Positions 25,138 to 38,234 of a stretch of DNA of 64,000 nt are shown piece after piece. Source of the DNA: Moniliella sp. 'wahieum' (Eukaryota); assembly GCA_003971905.1 (NCBI GenBank), contig RSEE01000079.1, positions 62,001 through 126,000 of the forward strand, read 5' to 3'. A program made the translations under genes and the position numbers. The notes under the pieces are model-generated. The model was not told the origin of the DNA, searched no databases, and saw only the letters and a program-made list of their open reading frames with translations. Positions within the stretch are counted from its first letter, which is position 1, and the number at the start of each line of letters is the position of its first letter.

Positions 25138-28100
25138 ATGTCCAGTGCCCCTCCTCCTCCCTCGCGCCCCATCCCCCCCCCGCCTGTCCCCGCCATCTCT
25201 CATGTCCGACTCAGAGCCTATGCCTGGGCCGCCCGCGCCTCCGCTCCACTCGTTGCCGCCCGAGCTCGCCGCCCTCTTTCCGGTGGCTTGCATCATTCTG
25301 GCCATGGCTCACCATCTGAATCGGGCAACCATGTGTCTCCTGCCGTGCCCAGCATGCTCCCCGGAAGTGCAGTCCACGACCAACTCCTGGCTCTCTTTGC
25401 ATCTTCCTCTACCGGTGCGATACCGGCCTCTTTCCTTCCTGCGCATGACCTAGGTGACCCAACCGACGATGAGCTAGACGAGGAAATGGGGGAGCAGTCG
25501 CCTGTATCAGTGAGCCTTGTCCCGCAAGAAGGCCTGCTGGTCTCGTCGGAACCAACTCCGGTGCAGGACCTGCAATATGTCCAGATCAGGGCCGGTGCTA
25601 CCTGCCTCTCAGTCCATGCAGCATCCCTTGTTCTTGGCCGAAGCCCCATGTCGCCAGCTCTCCACCCGGCCTCAGCACTGATAGAATTGGGGCCTGGAAC
25701 AGGCATCAGTCGGCCCCATGCAACCATCGATCTGCAACTCTGTCCCCCCTGCCTACGAGTGCATGGCAAGCACGGCCTCCGTCTGAATGGCCGGCCATGC
25801 GAAGCGGGAGAAACTGTACCGCTGGAATACGGGTACGCGTTGGCCTTCTCATGCATACCATAAGGCTGCGAATGTGAATGCTGATCAAAGTTCCTTTTCC
25901 AGATCCATCTCTACGATCCAGATCCTGAACCAATGTCTGGAGCTCCATGTTCCCTCCGATGCCGACGCACCTGGGCTTCAACATACCAAGTCGGAAGACC
26001 CCATGCTCGGACTTTTAATGGGGACCGAACACGCCTCTCCATCCGAACTGCCTTCCACGCTCTCGCCCACTGTGGCCAAGGAACTGATCCAAGCTGTTAA
26101 TGCTGTGGGTGCCGGTATGTCTAGGAAACGGAAGGGCAGTCCTGGATCGGACGACTCGGACCTGTTTGGCGGTGGCAACGACTCGGACGAAGCCGAATTT
26201 GGGGCCGCGAGACTGCCCATCAATTTTTGCAAGCAGCAGCAGCTGCTGCTGCTGCCACAGGACCCCCTTCCTCTTTCCCCCTTGCCCTGTCGGCGCCGGA
26301 AGATGGGCAAGGTCTTAATGTCGACCCAGTCGAACGTCGCATGTCTACCTTGGGTCTGGAAGCCTTTGGCTCCCACACCTCTTCCGCTGCCGGCCTGACG
26401 GATTCTGACATTTTCCAAATCTTCCCCGCGCTGTCTACTTCGCCAACGCCCAAGCCTGCCGTTTCGCCCGAGCCCACCCATGCAACCGACCAGTCCTCCA
26501 CTCCCAACGCGCCCTCGCCTGGGACCGTGGATGTGCCGTTGCAGGACACGGCTGAAGCCCAGGGAACCTGCCAGAACAAGTTGGGACAGCTTTCGCCCGT
26601 TCCTTCAAGCACTGCCTCGGCACCACAACCGGAACGCACCCCATCCCATGAAGAAGGGGGTGCGTGCCCCCCTCCCCCTGCCGTGCCTGATCCTGGCTTG
26701 CCACAGACGTGCCTGAGCCTCCTGCAGTCACTTCTGGTACAGCTTCAGGGGCAGCGGAAGAAGCTGTTTCGGTGCCACCACCCCCTCCTGTCCCCACATG
26801 CCCGTCCCCGCCTGTTGAGGTACCTCCGCCCCCGGTACCATCCCCATTACCGGAGTCGGGTGGTCATGGTCCTGCGAAAGACAATTCTCCTGTTACCAGG
26901 GCTCCAGTGGTGATGGATTTGACCCAGCTCTCGTCTCCTAAAACGTCCCCGACAGTTTCGGTCCCAGCCAAAAGCAAGAGCAGTGCAAAGCCCAGTCCAT
27001 CGTTTGCGCCTCCTCCCGCTTCCAATCCCGCGGCGTTGGCGTACTACCATGCCATCCATGGTGCCTCCATCTCCTTCCTTCTCCCTCCGCCTCGACTCCG
27101 GCTGTGCCATACCCCCCAGCCACACTCGGGTACCCACCTAGTTTCCCTTCGTTGGGTCCGCTGGGAATGCCGGGGGTCCTGCCCGGTATGCTCCCAGGTC
27201 TGTACCCCGGGGGTGCAACTTCATTCATGCCGCCATTTTCTCCCGGATACCCTGGTCTGTCACCCTTTGCCATGGTTCCTCCCATGTTCCCTTACGCCCC
27301 ACCAGCAGCACCGGGTGCAACTGGGTCGCATGTATCCCCTACCCCGCCACGGGCGTCTCGACGTTCGCCAGCTACCCGTGCCTCTCCCGGCACCAGCAAA
27401 CGGTCTTCTCAATCGCCAGGTTCCCTTTGGCAAGCACAACAAGTACAACAAGTGCAACAAGCACAGCCAGCACAGCAAGCACAGCAAGTACAGCAAGTGC
27501 TCCAGGTCCTCCCATCAAGATCATTGTTGCGCCAGCACCAGCGGAAGCTGACCCGGCTGCGTCCCTTCCGGGTCCGATCGAATCGCTGCTGGATGGTCCT
27601 CCGATCGTTCACCACGGCGGAGCGCTCTACTTGCACCCCGACGTGTTTGGTACACTTTCCTCGGGGGAGATCGAAAGCTTAGAGCGAGCTGGGATTCAAG
27701 AAGCACTTCAACGATTGCAATCCACCCTCGTTGTGTTTCTCCGTGCCAAACTCAAGGCGCGCAAGGCCGCTGGGCCTTCCACCCCAAGTTCAGGTTCAGG
27801 TCCAGGTTCAGGATCCGGATCCGGATCCGGATCCGGCGCCAACTCGCCTTTCCGATCCCGAAGTTCCAAGCGGCACGCGCGCACCGGTGCCGATGGCAGT
27901 CCTGCCCCTTCTCCTGCGCATTCGCGTGCTGGGTCTCCCGTGCGCCGGATCGCGCACAGCCGCACCACTTCGCCCATTCGATCCACGTTGCGCACGACAA
28001 AGGCATTGTCCACAGCCACGTCGTTGGCCCACCCCCCTGCCGTTGGATCCCCACTTGCCTCGACGTTGGCGCCGTTGCCACCTGCAAACGTTTCTATGCC

Positions 28101-28200
28101 CCAGGAGTCCGGGGGGAGGGGCAAGCTGCCGGGACCGCCGAGGAAACGGCCGAGTTGCAGGATGCGCTACCGTTGGACTTTGATCAGTTTGATAACTTGA
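25138..28200 (+). CDS. FHA-domain protein (Fhl1/Fkh-type FHA), Pro/Ser-rich; intron 25833-25902; frameshifts
   Basis: FHA motifs LVLGR...ISRPHATI...HGKHGLRLNG; NLS-like SRKRKG; C-terminal ordered segment LLDGPPIVHHGGALYLHPDVF...EALQRLQSTLVVFLRAKLK. Confidence 0.75.
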
Positions 28201-28953
28201 CCTTCCCCGAGCCGCCTAGCCTAGACGACTAGACCCGTCCGCCCCCCCACCCCGCCCGCACGTGCGCACGCGCCCTGTCCTCAAGGCACCAAGTGCTTCA
28301 AGTGCTCGAAGGGTGAAAAGGGAGGGAAGGACTTGTATGCGGTTGTGCCCGGTGGGGAGGCGGGGCTAACAGCTAACACAACACGGTAGTAGCGTCCAAC
28401 GCCATTCTTGGCCACATATTTGCAATGTTCCCCACTGCATCCATTGTTGCCATCCCAATGCAATGCGGAATCGAAGTGCTCTCGCAGTAAGCATGACTGA
28501 CGAGCACTCGATTCGCCAATCCATCATCAGCATCATCTGTACTACCATCGGCCATCTGGATCAATACGATCGATGGCCACGTCGGCAAGGGATAAGAAAC
28601 AGGGCTGCCATACACTCCAACCACGCCCCCCTCCACGGGGCATGTGGTGTGGGTGGATTCGACAGGCGCTTGGCCAGCCATCATGTATCCTGCTTCGCCA
28701 GCGCCCGAGCGGTGCTGCGTCCCTCCAGCTCCAGCTGGTGAACGTTGAGTTGAGTTGATCTCGGCTGTCGACAAAGACAAACGCTGGGAGCCCCGCTGCT
28801 CCCAACACCCGAACGTTTCAGGTGCGGTCCAATCAAACATGTCAACCTTTCAATTTGCACGGCCGCGCACGTAGGCCCGGCGGAATAGAATGCTGCGGCA
28901 TTTCGACGGGGAATGACACTGGCCGTGCGCCTCCTGCTGTCGGGGTGCTACCC

Positions 28954-28980
28954 CAACCCTACGTCCCGACAGTAGGGTTG
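28954..28980. promoter_or_regulatory. Inverted pair of AACCCTAC (Homol-E/telo-box-like) elements upstream of RPS1
   Basis: CAACCCTAC-N9-GTAGGGTTG perfect inverted repeat about 80 bp before the ATG. The same core occurs twice upstream of RPS17. Confidence 0.55.
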
Positions 28981-29058
28981 TCTGGCGTCTGCATCCACTT
29001 CGCTTGCTGCCCGCCTCTCGCTCGTCGCTCTCGTCGCCAGCAAGCCCCGCTACCCAAG

Positions 29059-29836
29059 ATGGCGATCGGCAAGAACAAGAAGCTCGGCAAGAAGGGCATG
29101 AAGAAGAAGACGGTGGACCCCATGTCGCGCAAGGTGTGGCATGACATTCGGGCTCCTACCTTCTTGACAACCGCACTGTGGGCAAGACGATTGTCAACAA
29201 GTCCCAAGGTCTGGTCAACGCCAACGACTCGCTCAAGGGCCGCATTGTCGAAGCTTCGCTCGCCGACCTGAACAAGGACGAGGAGCAGTCGTTCCGCAAG
29301 TTCTCGCTGCGTGTGGATGAGGTCCAGGGCCGCTCTTGCCTGACCAACTTCCACTCGATGAACTTCACCACGGACAAGATCCGTTCGCTGGTTCGCAAGT
29401 GGCAGACGACGATTGGAGCTCACCGGACGTGAAGCTGACCGACGGCTACGTTGTGCGTCGTTTGTGATTGCCTTTACCAAGCGCCGCTCCAACAGCGTGT
29501 CCAAGACGACCTATGCCCATCGGCCCAGGTGCGCGCGATCCGGCAAAAGATGTTCCAGATCATCAAGCGCGAGATTGAGACGTGCGACATTAAGGAGCTG
29601 GTTCAGAAGCTGATTCCGGAGGTGATTGGCCGGGAATTGAGAAGTCCACCCGTGGCATTTACCCGCTCAAGGACGTTTTCGTTCACAAGGTCAAGATCAT
29701 CAAGAAGCCCAAGTTTGACGTGTCGCGTCTGGTTGAGCTTCACGGTGGTGCGGCCAACGTGGTGGGTGCTGAGGACTTGGGTGCCAAGGTTAAGAGCGCC
29801 GAGTTTGTTGAGCCCACCCCTCTGGCCAGCGTGTAA
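29059..29836 (+). CDS. RPS1: 40S ribosomal protein eS1 (S3a); apparent frameshifts
   Basis: [92 protein letters not shown]. Confidence 0.97.
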
Positions 29837-30175
29837 GCGGGAGGGAACCGCCTACCCTGTTACCAAAATGACACTATTGGTTGTTGCGTCGCATTGTGCC
29901 GTGCCGGTGCGCAGGGCGTCTCTGTTGACTACCTCGTGGTCGTCATGCTCGCTCCTACTTCACCTCCGTTTCCCCCCTGATTCCGGGGGTTGGCATGTGA
30001 CACTCAAAACAATCGTGATGCCCCATGGCTATGTATGACTCTGGTTTGATGTAGAAGTTATGTTACCGCATGGGCGCCCCATCTGCGGTGTGCCCGACAC
30101 GGTACGCCCCAGACAGATGCGAGCAAGAGGCAAACGAAAGCGAAAGGTGAATGCAAAGAGGTATCCATATTCAAA

Positions 30176-33100
30176 TCAAGGCAAGCCCAGCACACGACCG
30201 ACAAGCACAAGACATTTGTGCGCCAGCAACTCGGGGCGGGCCATGCCCAAGGGCCGCACGGGTCCGACCCGACCGAGATGGAAAAGTGCAGAGGGTAGAT
30301 CGGGAGGCAACGTCGGAGGGGCACGGGGACCGAGGTGCCCACCGCCGTTAGTCCTTCCCCTGGAACAGAATACGTAGCGCGCAGATCGGCGGTTTGGGCA
30401 AGGGGAGGGGCACGACACGCAAGCGCGAGCAAAACGCCATACAAGGCGAGCAAGTGACTGCGCGGCGACTCGACTCCCGTGGGGAGAGTAGCAAATCGCG
30501 CGACAGCCTCGGGGGCAGTGTGCATCTCTCCCAGCTGGGCCAGGAGGTAGTTGACTTCCTCAGTCCGTACACGCACGAAGGGCAGCGCTGGTCCGACCAG
30601 GCGGGCATCCGCCTCGTACGCACGCAACGTTGTCTGACACCGCTCCAGCAACAATGGGAGCACATGCAAGCTCACGCGGGCGCGGGCGGCGGCCGTACCC
30701 CCTCCTGAGGCTCGGCTTGGCGGACAGGTACCGTGCCCCCGGTGCTAGAAGCCAGGAATAGCAATTCCAACACCCAGTACGCCGTCAGTTCCCGGGGCTC
30801 GAGCTGGATCGGATCGAGCGTTCCTTGTGCCAAATCGTTTGCAAGGTCGTCCCACTCTTCATCGTGCTCGGCGCGGAGGTACAAGCGACTGGCCCGCACC
30901 AGCGCCTTGCCAAACCGCTCAATCGTCTCGGTTGGGACTGCCTCGCGGCCAATCGCATCCAGCACCACCGTCTCAATCGTCGAGAGAAGCACAAGATCAA
31001 ACACCTGGTCATCGTGCAGGTGTTCATGCACATTCGCATCCAAGCTGAGCATGTCTGGCGCTCTTGGTCCAAGTTGGGTTCCAACGCCCGCTCCAGCAGC
31101 ATCACAATTGTGTCCCATACCGCCGGCACCGTGTCGCCCAGCTCGAGCTCCTCCAAGGCCGGAATAGCGAGACGCAAGATATAGCACGCTACTACGAGGG
31201 CCTCCTGCCACAATGGGCGTTCCGCACCACTCGAGCTCGCGGGTGGGCAACGGTACCGCCGTTGGATCGGTACAGCAAGCGTCTCGAGAACAGTAAGGAG
31301 GGCCCGCTGGGTGTATATCTCATGCACACGGTGCAACTCAAGAAAGAGGGCTTGGATGTCACTCAGGCACGTCTTGGACAACGCCACGTAGGAAAAGGGG
31401 CCGAGGTCGGGGAGGAAGGCAAGGGAGACCAAGTGAGCCAGCTGCTCTAGGCGCAATGCCTTGGCACCAGCGACGGACGTATCGAGTTTGAGGACCAGTG
31501 CGCACCGCTGCCTGGAGCGGCGACAGCGCATCCATATCGCCTGCGCCAGCTGGAGAAACGGTACGTTCGCGTCGGGGCGGGCTGAAGAGAAGAACAGCAT
31601 CCAGACGTCAAAGAGCGCACGGAGCCGGTCCAGGTCAAAGAACGACCGAGTATGGGTGTAGATGTGCCCCACGGCACGCACGACAGAGAGAAGGTTGTCC
31701 TGCGTGAGATGAGTGAGCGTCACTGGCGTTCGGCCGAGTGGCATCCGCAAGTCTCTCATTAACGAGAGACATCGCTCCCATGCAGCCTGTTGAGCCGTAA
31801 AGAAGCTTTGCTTCTCCTCCTCCGCCTCCCAGGAGGGCTGTGCTCGGCCTCCACAACACGAACCAATGCGTCAAGAGCCGCCTGGGCCACGGCTGCAGGG
31901 CCCTCTCGTACGGCTGCATCGATCAGCTGCAGCAACTCTGCCCAGATCGTGCTGAAGGCCGGGGCGGAAAGGATCAGAGTCCATACCACTTCAGATAGCA
32001 GCTTGCCCAGTGCTTGGAGAGCCAGGGCTCGTGTCGCTACAGCCGCTTGGGCACTCTCCCGCGCCTCGGCCAGAGCTTGCTGTGACCACTCCGCCTCTCC
32101 CGACACGCTTGAAGTCCGCCCTCGTCGCGACTTTTCCCGCGACGTGTCAAGCTGCTGCCGCACCTGGTGGAGTGCAGTCAGTTGCCGCTCTCGCAGGGTG
32201 CCCAAAAGGGGGAAGAGAATCGAGAGCAGCAGTTCCTGCCACAGGGCAGGGGAGAATGAAGCACCGTAGGTAGTCAGGATCTGGAACGCAGTACTAATGC
32301 TTGCCGCGCGAATATCAGGGCGGTCGTCGACGGCAGGTGATGACGCGAGAAGCGAGAAGAGATGGGTCCACATGCTGCTCTGAGGCGCAGCCGTATGCGC
32401 CGCACGGCGGATCCAATCCGCCACCACGCCCTCGACTCCAGCCACGGCGGAAAGTGCGACAGCTGAATCGTCATGCTGGGCCATGTACTCGGTCAACACT
32501 TCGAGTCCCATCCGCAGCTCCGAGTCAGTCAACTGGGCTACCAAACGCGGTGCCACCACCTGCATCAACACGGCAAAGCCCATTGACAAGCGAAGGAGAG
32601 GTATAATGTTTGCCCTTGGGCGCGTCAGAGGGGCCGTCGCTGCAGGCAGCATGGCAGCAGTCGAACACGGGTGCCCATCCGGCTGTCATCTGCGAACCAC
32701 GAACATCGAGGATCTTGTGCAGGCTCTCCAGGGCCAGCTGACGAATTTCCACCTCCACCGCAGTCGCGCGGCGGTAAAGCAGCACAGCCTGAGATCGCAA
32801 TGCTGAAGGATCTGAGTTTGGATCCGTGCCTGTTCCTCCTCGTCCTCCTGTGCCACACTGCTCTGCGGCAGTGATCATAAGCTCGTCCAGAAGCGTTGCG
32901 GCTTGTAGGCGAACGCGGACCGGAATTGCCTCGTCGGTCACCTGCTCCAAAAGATGAACAACAACCACGTTCCACCCCCTCTCGGGAGGAGCATGCACGA
33001 GGCGGTCCCGGTTCAGGCGCCAGGCCTGAACGAGAAAAGGAAGCAAGATGCTGTGTCCCCGTGTATCGACGTAGAGCGGGTGGAGGGGCTTCTTACGTTT

Positions 33101-35518
33101 TGCCATCTCGGGCACCGGTAGTCCCAGCGAGCTCAACACCGCCTCAGCCACAGCAGGATAGAACCCAGACCCGCCGGCGCTCACTTCGGCAACGGCTGAC
33201 AAAAACTGAGTCAAGGCCTCGGGGAGGGAGGACGTGTGGAAAATAATATCGGAAATCGCGCTGTGCACGGCCTTGGGGGTGGCATTGATCAGCACTACAG
33301 GCACCTCCGTTGCCGTGTCCACGGGCGCCACAGAGAAAGGCAAGGCGGGGTGGGGAAAGTCGGCCTTGAGAGTAGTCAGAGTTGTGGTAGGCTCCGGGTG
33401 TTCGCGCAAGACGAAAGTGGCAGCACCCATTGTCGTCAGAGCATGGTCCCAATATACCCAAGCCTGCGCTGAGAGTGTCCAGTATCCGCAGGAGCGCCAA
33501 CAGCGCTGCCACGTTCCGCCCCGACAGACCACGGCTGTCGGGAGAGCCCATCGCTGCCACCACACTAGCCGGCACAGCGTACACGGCGAGCGCATCCAAA
33601 GGGCATCCCGCTGTGTCCCAAAGCCTAGCAAGCCAGCTGCGGTGGCCCAAGCTTGCCATGCGGCCAGCGTCTCGGCAAATACTGCATCGTCACTGCGAGT
33701 CTTGAGCGTAAACCGAAACGAAGCCAGCAGGGCAGGCGAGACGGCTTCGACCATCCGGCTGGTCGCCTCGAGCTCAGCAGGGACTTTCGAAGTCTCGCCA
33801 GGCACAGCCAGAGCGCTGCTTGGGTTCTCGCTGGATCGCGTCGCGTGCGCACCTCACCTCCTCAGCAACGCAGCAGGTCACATTGCAAAGCGAAAAAAGA
33901 GCCAAGACGGGGGCATATTCGGGCGAGGTGCTAGGAGCATCGGACTTGTCCAGTTGGTCCAGCACTTGCATCGCCGGCACTGCCGTGACGGAGAGGAGAT
34001 GCCTGCTGGAATCATCCGTCAGGCCTTTGATCCCACCCAACACCCCGGCAGCCGCCTGATAGAGTGTGTTGGCCGTGCTGGGCTTGTCATCGTTCGCTTC
34101 TTGATCTGCTCGTCTCTCAACACATCTGGATCCAACAGTCCAGGGTCTTGAAGCACCACGTCGCGTAAATGTTCCACCAGACTTCTGACCAAACCGACAC
34201 CTGTCGGGCCAGGCGTCTCCGTCCCAGGTCGTCGTCGGTTTTGGAAGGTTCTTGTCATCGTACTGCCGCCAAAAATGGAGGACCAATTGGGGATCGTGGG
34301 TTAAGCTCCTCAAGACCTCAAGTGCCAGAACGCGTTGCCACGCCAACGCGAAGCCTACCTGGCTTGTACCGCTGGAAGAGTCTGATGAGTCGCGTGGGTT
34401 CCGCTTGGTTGGGAGCATTCTGAGAAGTAGGTTGAGCAATACCTCAGCCTCAATTGGGAGTTCGCTCGAAAACTTGCGCAGTAGCAAGTACAAGAGTCGC
34501 ACGAGCCGGACTTGAATACTAAAGCTCAATCCTCCTCCGCTTAACTCGACGCCGTGGCTGGTACTGAGCGCGCCAATAAGCATAGGGCAGGTCTTGTCCT
34601 TTAGCACCATCTGCAACTCTGGATGGACCGTACCTTGAGCACCGCCCCACGACAGGGGCGACTGAAACAGTTTGATGGTATGTCAGCACAGACTCGAGCA
34701 GCTCGAGGCAGAACGTGATCCTAGGTGCTGTGGGTAGATCAAGAAACTGAGCCAAGACAAACTCGCCTTGGGCGAGATGATTCAAGTCAGAGATAACGAG
34801 GTAGGCGTCCATTGAGCAAGGGAAGAGGGTCACTGCCTCGGCCAGCCCAGGCACAGTGAGGGTCATGGCGGCCAAAGGCGCAGCGGCAGCAGCTGCAAAG
34901 GATTTAAAGGTTAGTACATGACAATCCTAGCAAGAAGAAAAGAACCACCTTCCTCGCCCCCGCCCTTGATGGAATTGAGGTGTGCGTCCTCGTCGACGAC
35001 CTTATCGAGGAGGGTCATGATGGCGGAGCGAAGCGTGGCAGCAGCAGTGCTGCTCACAAGAGCGACCTTAGCGCTCTCCTGGTAGGAAAAGCAAATTCGC
35101 AGCAGATCGGCAAGCGGGGCCCCGTGAATCTGCGGATAGGTGGTAATGAGCGAGCCGACAGTCTGGAGCAGCTTGAGCTGTGCATCTACGTCGGCCGAAC
35201 GCTGGGCAAGAGAGGGGAGCAGCGCAAGACAGCTGGGAGGGTAGCATCGGAAACGACGTGCATGGCGACAACCCGCTGCAGCAGGGCTGTACCTAGAGTG
35301 AGCACTTGGGCGACTTGATTTCGCATGCAAGCACGATGGGAGCAGGAGCAGGTTGTGGAGGGGGTCGGGCGCGGTGTCGGCGGCGCTGCGGGCGAGGGTG
35401 GCGTCGTACTCGGTGCGGAGTGCGAGAGGGCAGCGTCGCACGCGTGGCGTACATCGGGATGGCGGCGCTTGGTCTCCGACGCAAGCACCGCCAGGTCGGC
35501 GACGAGCATCCCGGACAT
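30176..35518 (-). CDS. MON2: Mon2 (Arf-GEF-like endosome/Golgi protein); intron 34893-34948; many frameshifts
   Basis: N-terminal DCB LVADLAVLASETKRRHPDVRHA, VDAQLKLLQT, VSSTAAATLR, TFCLELLESVL, WQRVLALEVLR, VLDQLDKSDAP, DDRPDIR and C-terminal HLLALYGVL; about 5.3 kb. Confidence 0.9.
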
Positions 35519-36642
35519 GCTGGCAGCCAGCGTCTGCGCCCGCGTCGGTGTGGTGGTGGTGGTGGGCGCAATCGAGCTGGGCCGCGATGATCGATGATCG
35601 ATGAACTCGATTAGCGCTTAGCCTTGAACTTGAACGTTCAAGTTGAACCGGCGCTGAATGTTGAACGTTTGAATCTTGAATGCCAGCACCCAAGGACCTG
35701 TGCTTACGTACAGTGTGTCAAGGAATGGGGGCGAGGCGACGCCCTACACTGGCCATAAAGTACGCGGTTGTGCGGGTTAGCTGAAAAGTATAGCTACGCT
35801 GCCACGCTAAGGACGATTGCACTGTACAAGGCAAGATAGGAAGCAGTCAGAGATCGCTTCATGTACGCTCCTGACGCTAGTCCGGCCATGTGTGCCACAG
35901 CGTGAAAAGAAAGGAAAGGAAGGAGACGCAGGGAAACCAACCTCCGATGCGCTCGAGAGGAGGAACAATGGGAAGACTTCAAGCTTCACGGGCGAAGACG
36001 GACTCGCAAGCCTGGCGGAGCCTATGCACTTTCTTCGCCTCCCTGCCCCCGGTCCCAAATCTCGTTCCCAAATCCAACCAAGTCCGATCGTGGCTAGCCA
36101 CAGACCATCTGTTACGACGGGTCACTCTGGTCTGGCTCCGTCGCCTAAACGATACATCTATACTCCGTTGCGCCTCAACGGAGCATGCTTGTTACTTGGT
36201 TCCATATCAACCTGTGTGCGACCAAGATTGAGTCTCTTTGCCGGGTCTGGACCCACGTTTCCTGATCTTGGTGTCCCCTTTTCGTTGTGGGATCTCCCTT
36301 CAGACTGAAGACTTCTACGTTTTTCTTGCTGAAGGGCGGAGAACCTGTCCATTACTTTAGGCCTTTTTCGTGTTGTTTGTTGACCACCAGTGGTCTAGAG
36401 CCCATCGGCCTTCAGTGACGTGGCCCGATGCACACAGTGCACCGGGGCAGTGAGTTCCGGCCCTTCCACGAGTTTCCACTGGCCTCCAGGCCAGGAGCCT
36501 ATCAAGGCCCATAGCTCTAGCTCTCCTTAGCTCTTGAATGCCATCTCCATCCATCATCGCCAGCATCGCTAGCTAGGCCTGTGACATTGTTGGCTGTTGT
36601 TGTTCCTATAGAACATTTCCCTACTTTTGATCTGTGTTCCTT

Positions 36643-38193
36643 TGAGATCTGAGCTCAGATCTGAGATCTGATAGCCATTCGCCATTTGCATTACTCTTCC
36701 TCTTTCTTCTAGAAGTCGTATGTTGCTTCCTTAAAGTTCCTGTCTGTATAGCCTTTGTTTGATCATTGTTTTTCCCCTAGCGTGCAATTTTGTAACGACA
36801 CATCTCCTTAGGCCTTAGGCCTTAAGAATCCACTCTTGGCTTGAAGCTTGACCCACCAGGCACAGCAACGCCCGTGTTACTCGCTATATATAGCTCAGCG
36901 CTCCCCAGCCGTCCCACACTGACCTGCTTCAGCGACCACTCTTGGTCTCCCGAATCTCTCCGTCCAGGCATCCTTTGTCACATGTCAGTGCGTAAGCAGG
37001 TCGGACAAATCACATCCCTTCCACGGTGTGATTTATTCGACCCCCATCTGTTCTGTGCCTGAGGCCTGACAGGCTCCTCTCTTGGAATGCTATTAGGCCT
37101 TAGGACCATCACATGTCACATGCATAATCGACATCCCCTCTGCCTTTCATGGGTTATGAGCCCGCGTTTTCTCCGCAGCGAGACTGCCGACCTCGCCTGT
37201 CCGCCTGAGCCCAGTCACTCGCGCGGTCACCGGCATCCAGTGCATGATGGTGGAAACCCGCAGCGGTGCCTCAGTATAGACGCCCTACCCGTCCTCCAAA
37301 CCCCGCAAAGAAGACTTCAAGCTTCAATCCATCTCCAGCTTTAAAAGTCTCAGCCTCTGAGATCTGTGAAGAGTACTGAGTCTCAGTACTGAGTACTGAC
37401 TGGTAGTACTGAACTCAGGTACTGAGTATTGGGTCTCGGTACTGAGTATGAGTACGTACTGTTGAGTACGAAGTACGGATCCCGCAGCGATATCCTACAA
37501 GGTTGAATGATCGATTAATGATTAATGATTAAACTGATTGTTAATTCTGTGGCAGGAATTGTCCCTTCCTGTCTTGACATCTACGTCAACGCGTCAACCT
37601 TCGGGCCAACCTATATCAATAACGTCCTGCGTCGATCTACAGCCAGGCATGCTCTGTGCATACTAACGCAACCTTGTCATGCATGTCACGCAAGCCGAGA
37701 TACCTAATTGTCAGAGAGGCATATCACCTCGTCTTGACTCCGTTCTTCGGATCCGCCAATGTAGGGTTTCAAGCTTCAAGAGCTTCACAAGCTTCAAGCT
37801 TCAGCTCTTCAGCTTCAAGCTCGATAATCGGTAAACTCGATAAAGATAAACTGTCTGGCAGTACTCAGTACTCAATGGACTCTCCACCTGCAAGGGAAAG
37901 TACTCCTAAACGTGGTTAGCCGGTTAGGCCTTAGGCCTTAGGCCTCAGGTCGGTGAGGCCTTACCTTAGGCCTTAAGCTCCAGTTCGGGACCCACCGCAT
38001 AAACCTACTATTGACCGCAAAAGTCAATAGGATATGAGTGCACGCCGGTCAGGTCGATCAGGCCATATTCTAACAGTAGTATAATGTTTGGTATTATCCG
38101 GCGGGGCAGAGTGAGGGTGGGGCATGCAGTGTGGATGCGATGAAGCTTGAAGCTCTGGAAGCTCTTGAAGGCCAAGATAGTGTCACATGTCAC
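36643..38193. repeat. Dense cluster of 7-bp-period (TNA+palindrome) arrays
   Basis: GATC arrays at 36643; GGCC at 36808, 37093 and 37924; CATG at 37109 and 38184; GTAC at 37383; TTAA at 37515; AGCT at 37769 and 38141. Confidence 0.9.
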
Positions 38194-38234
38194 CACTGTA
38201 GCTGTATTCCCGGCCCCTCCATGGACCCTCCGGC

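Noticed and set aside
28281..28840. Small minus-strand gene between the FHA gene and RPS1
   Set aside because: No recognisable domain or splice support; it overlaps the RPS1 upstream region. It cannot be excluded.
29059..29836. Pseudogene or programmed frameshifting in RPS1/RPS17
   Set aside because: Indels affect nearly all genes without substitution decay; sequencing error is far more parsimonious.
36643..38193. CRISPR-like repeat/spacer array
   Set aside because: No constant 23-47 bp repeat with unique equal-length spacers, no cas genes, and a eukaryotic context.
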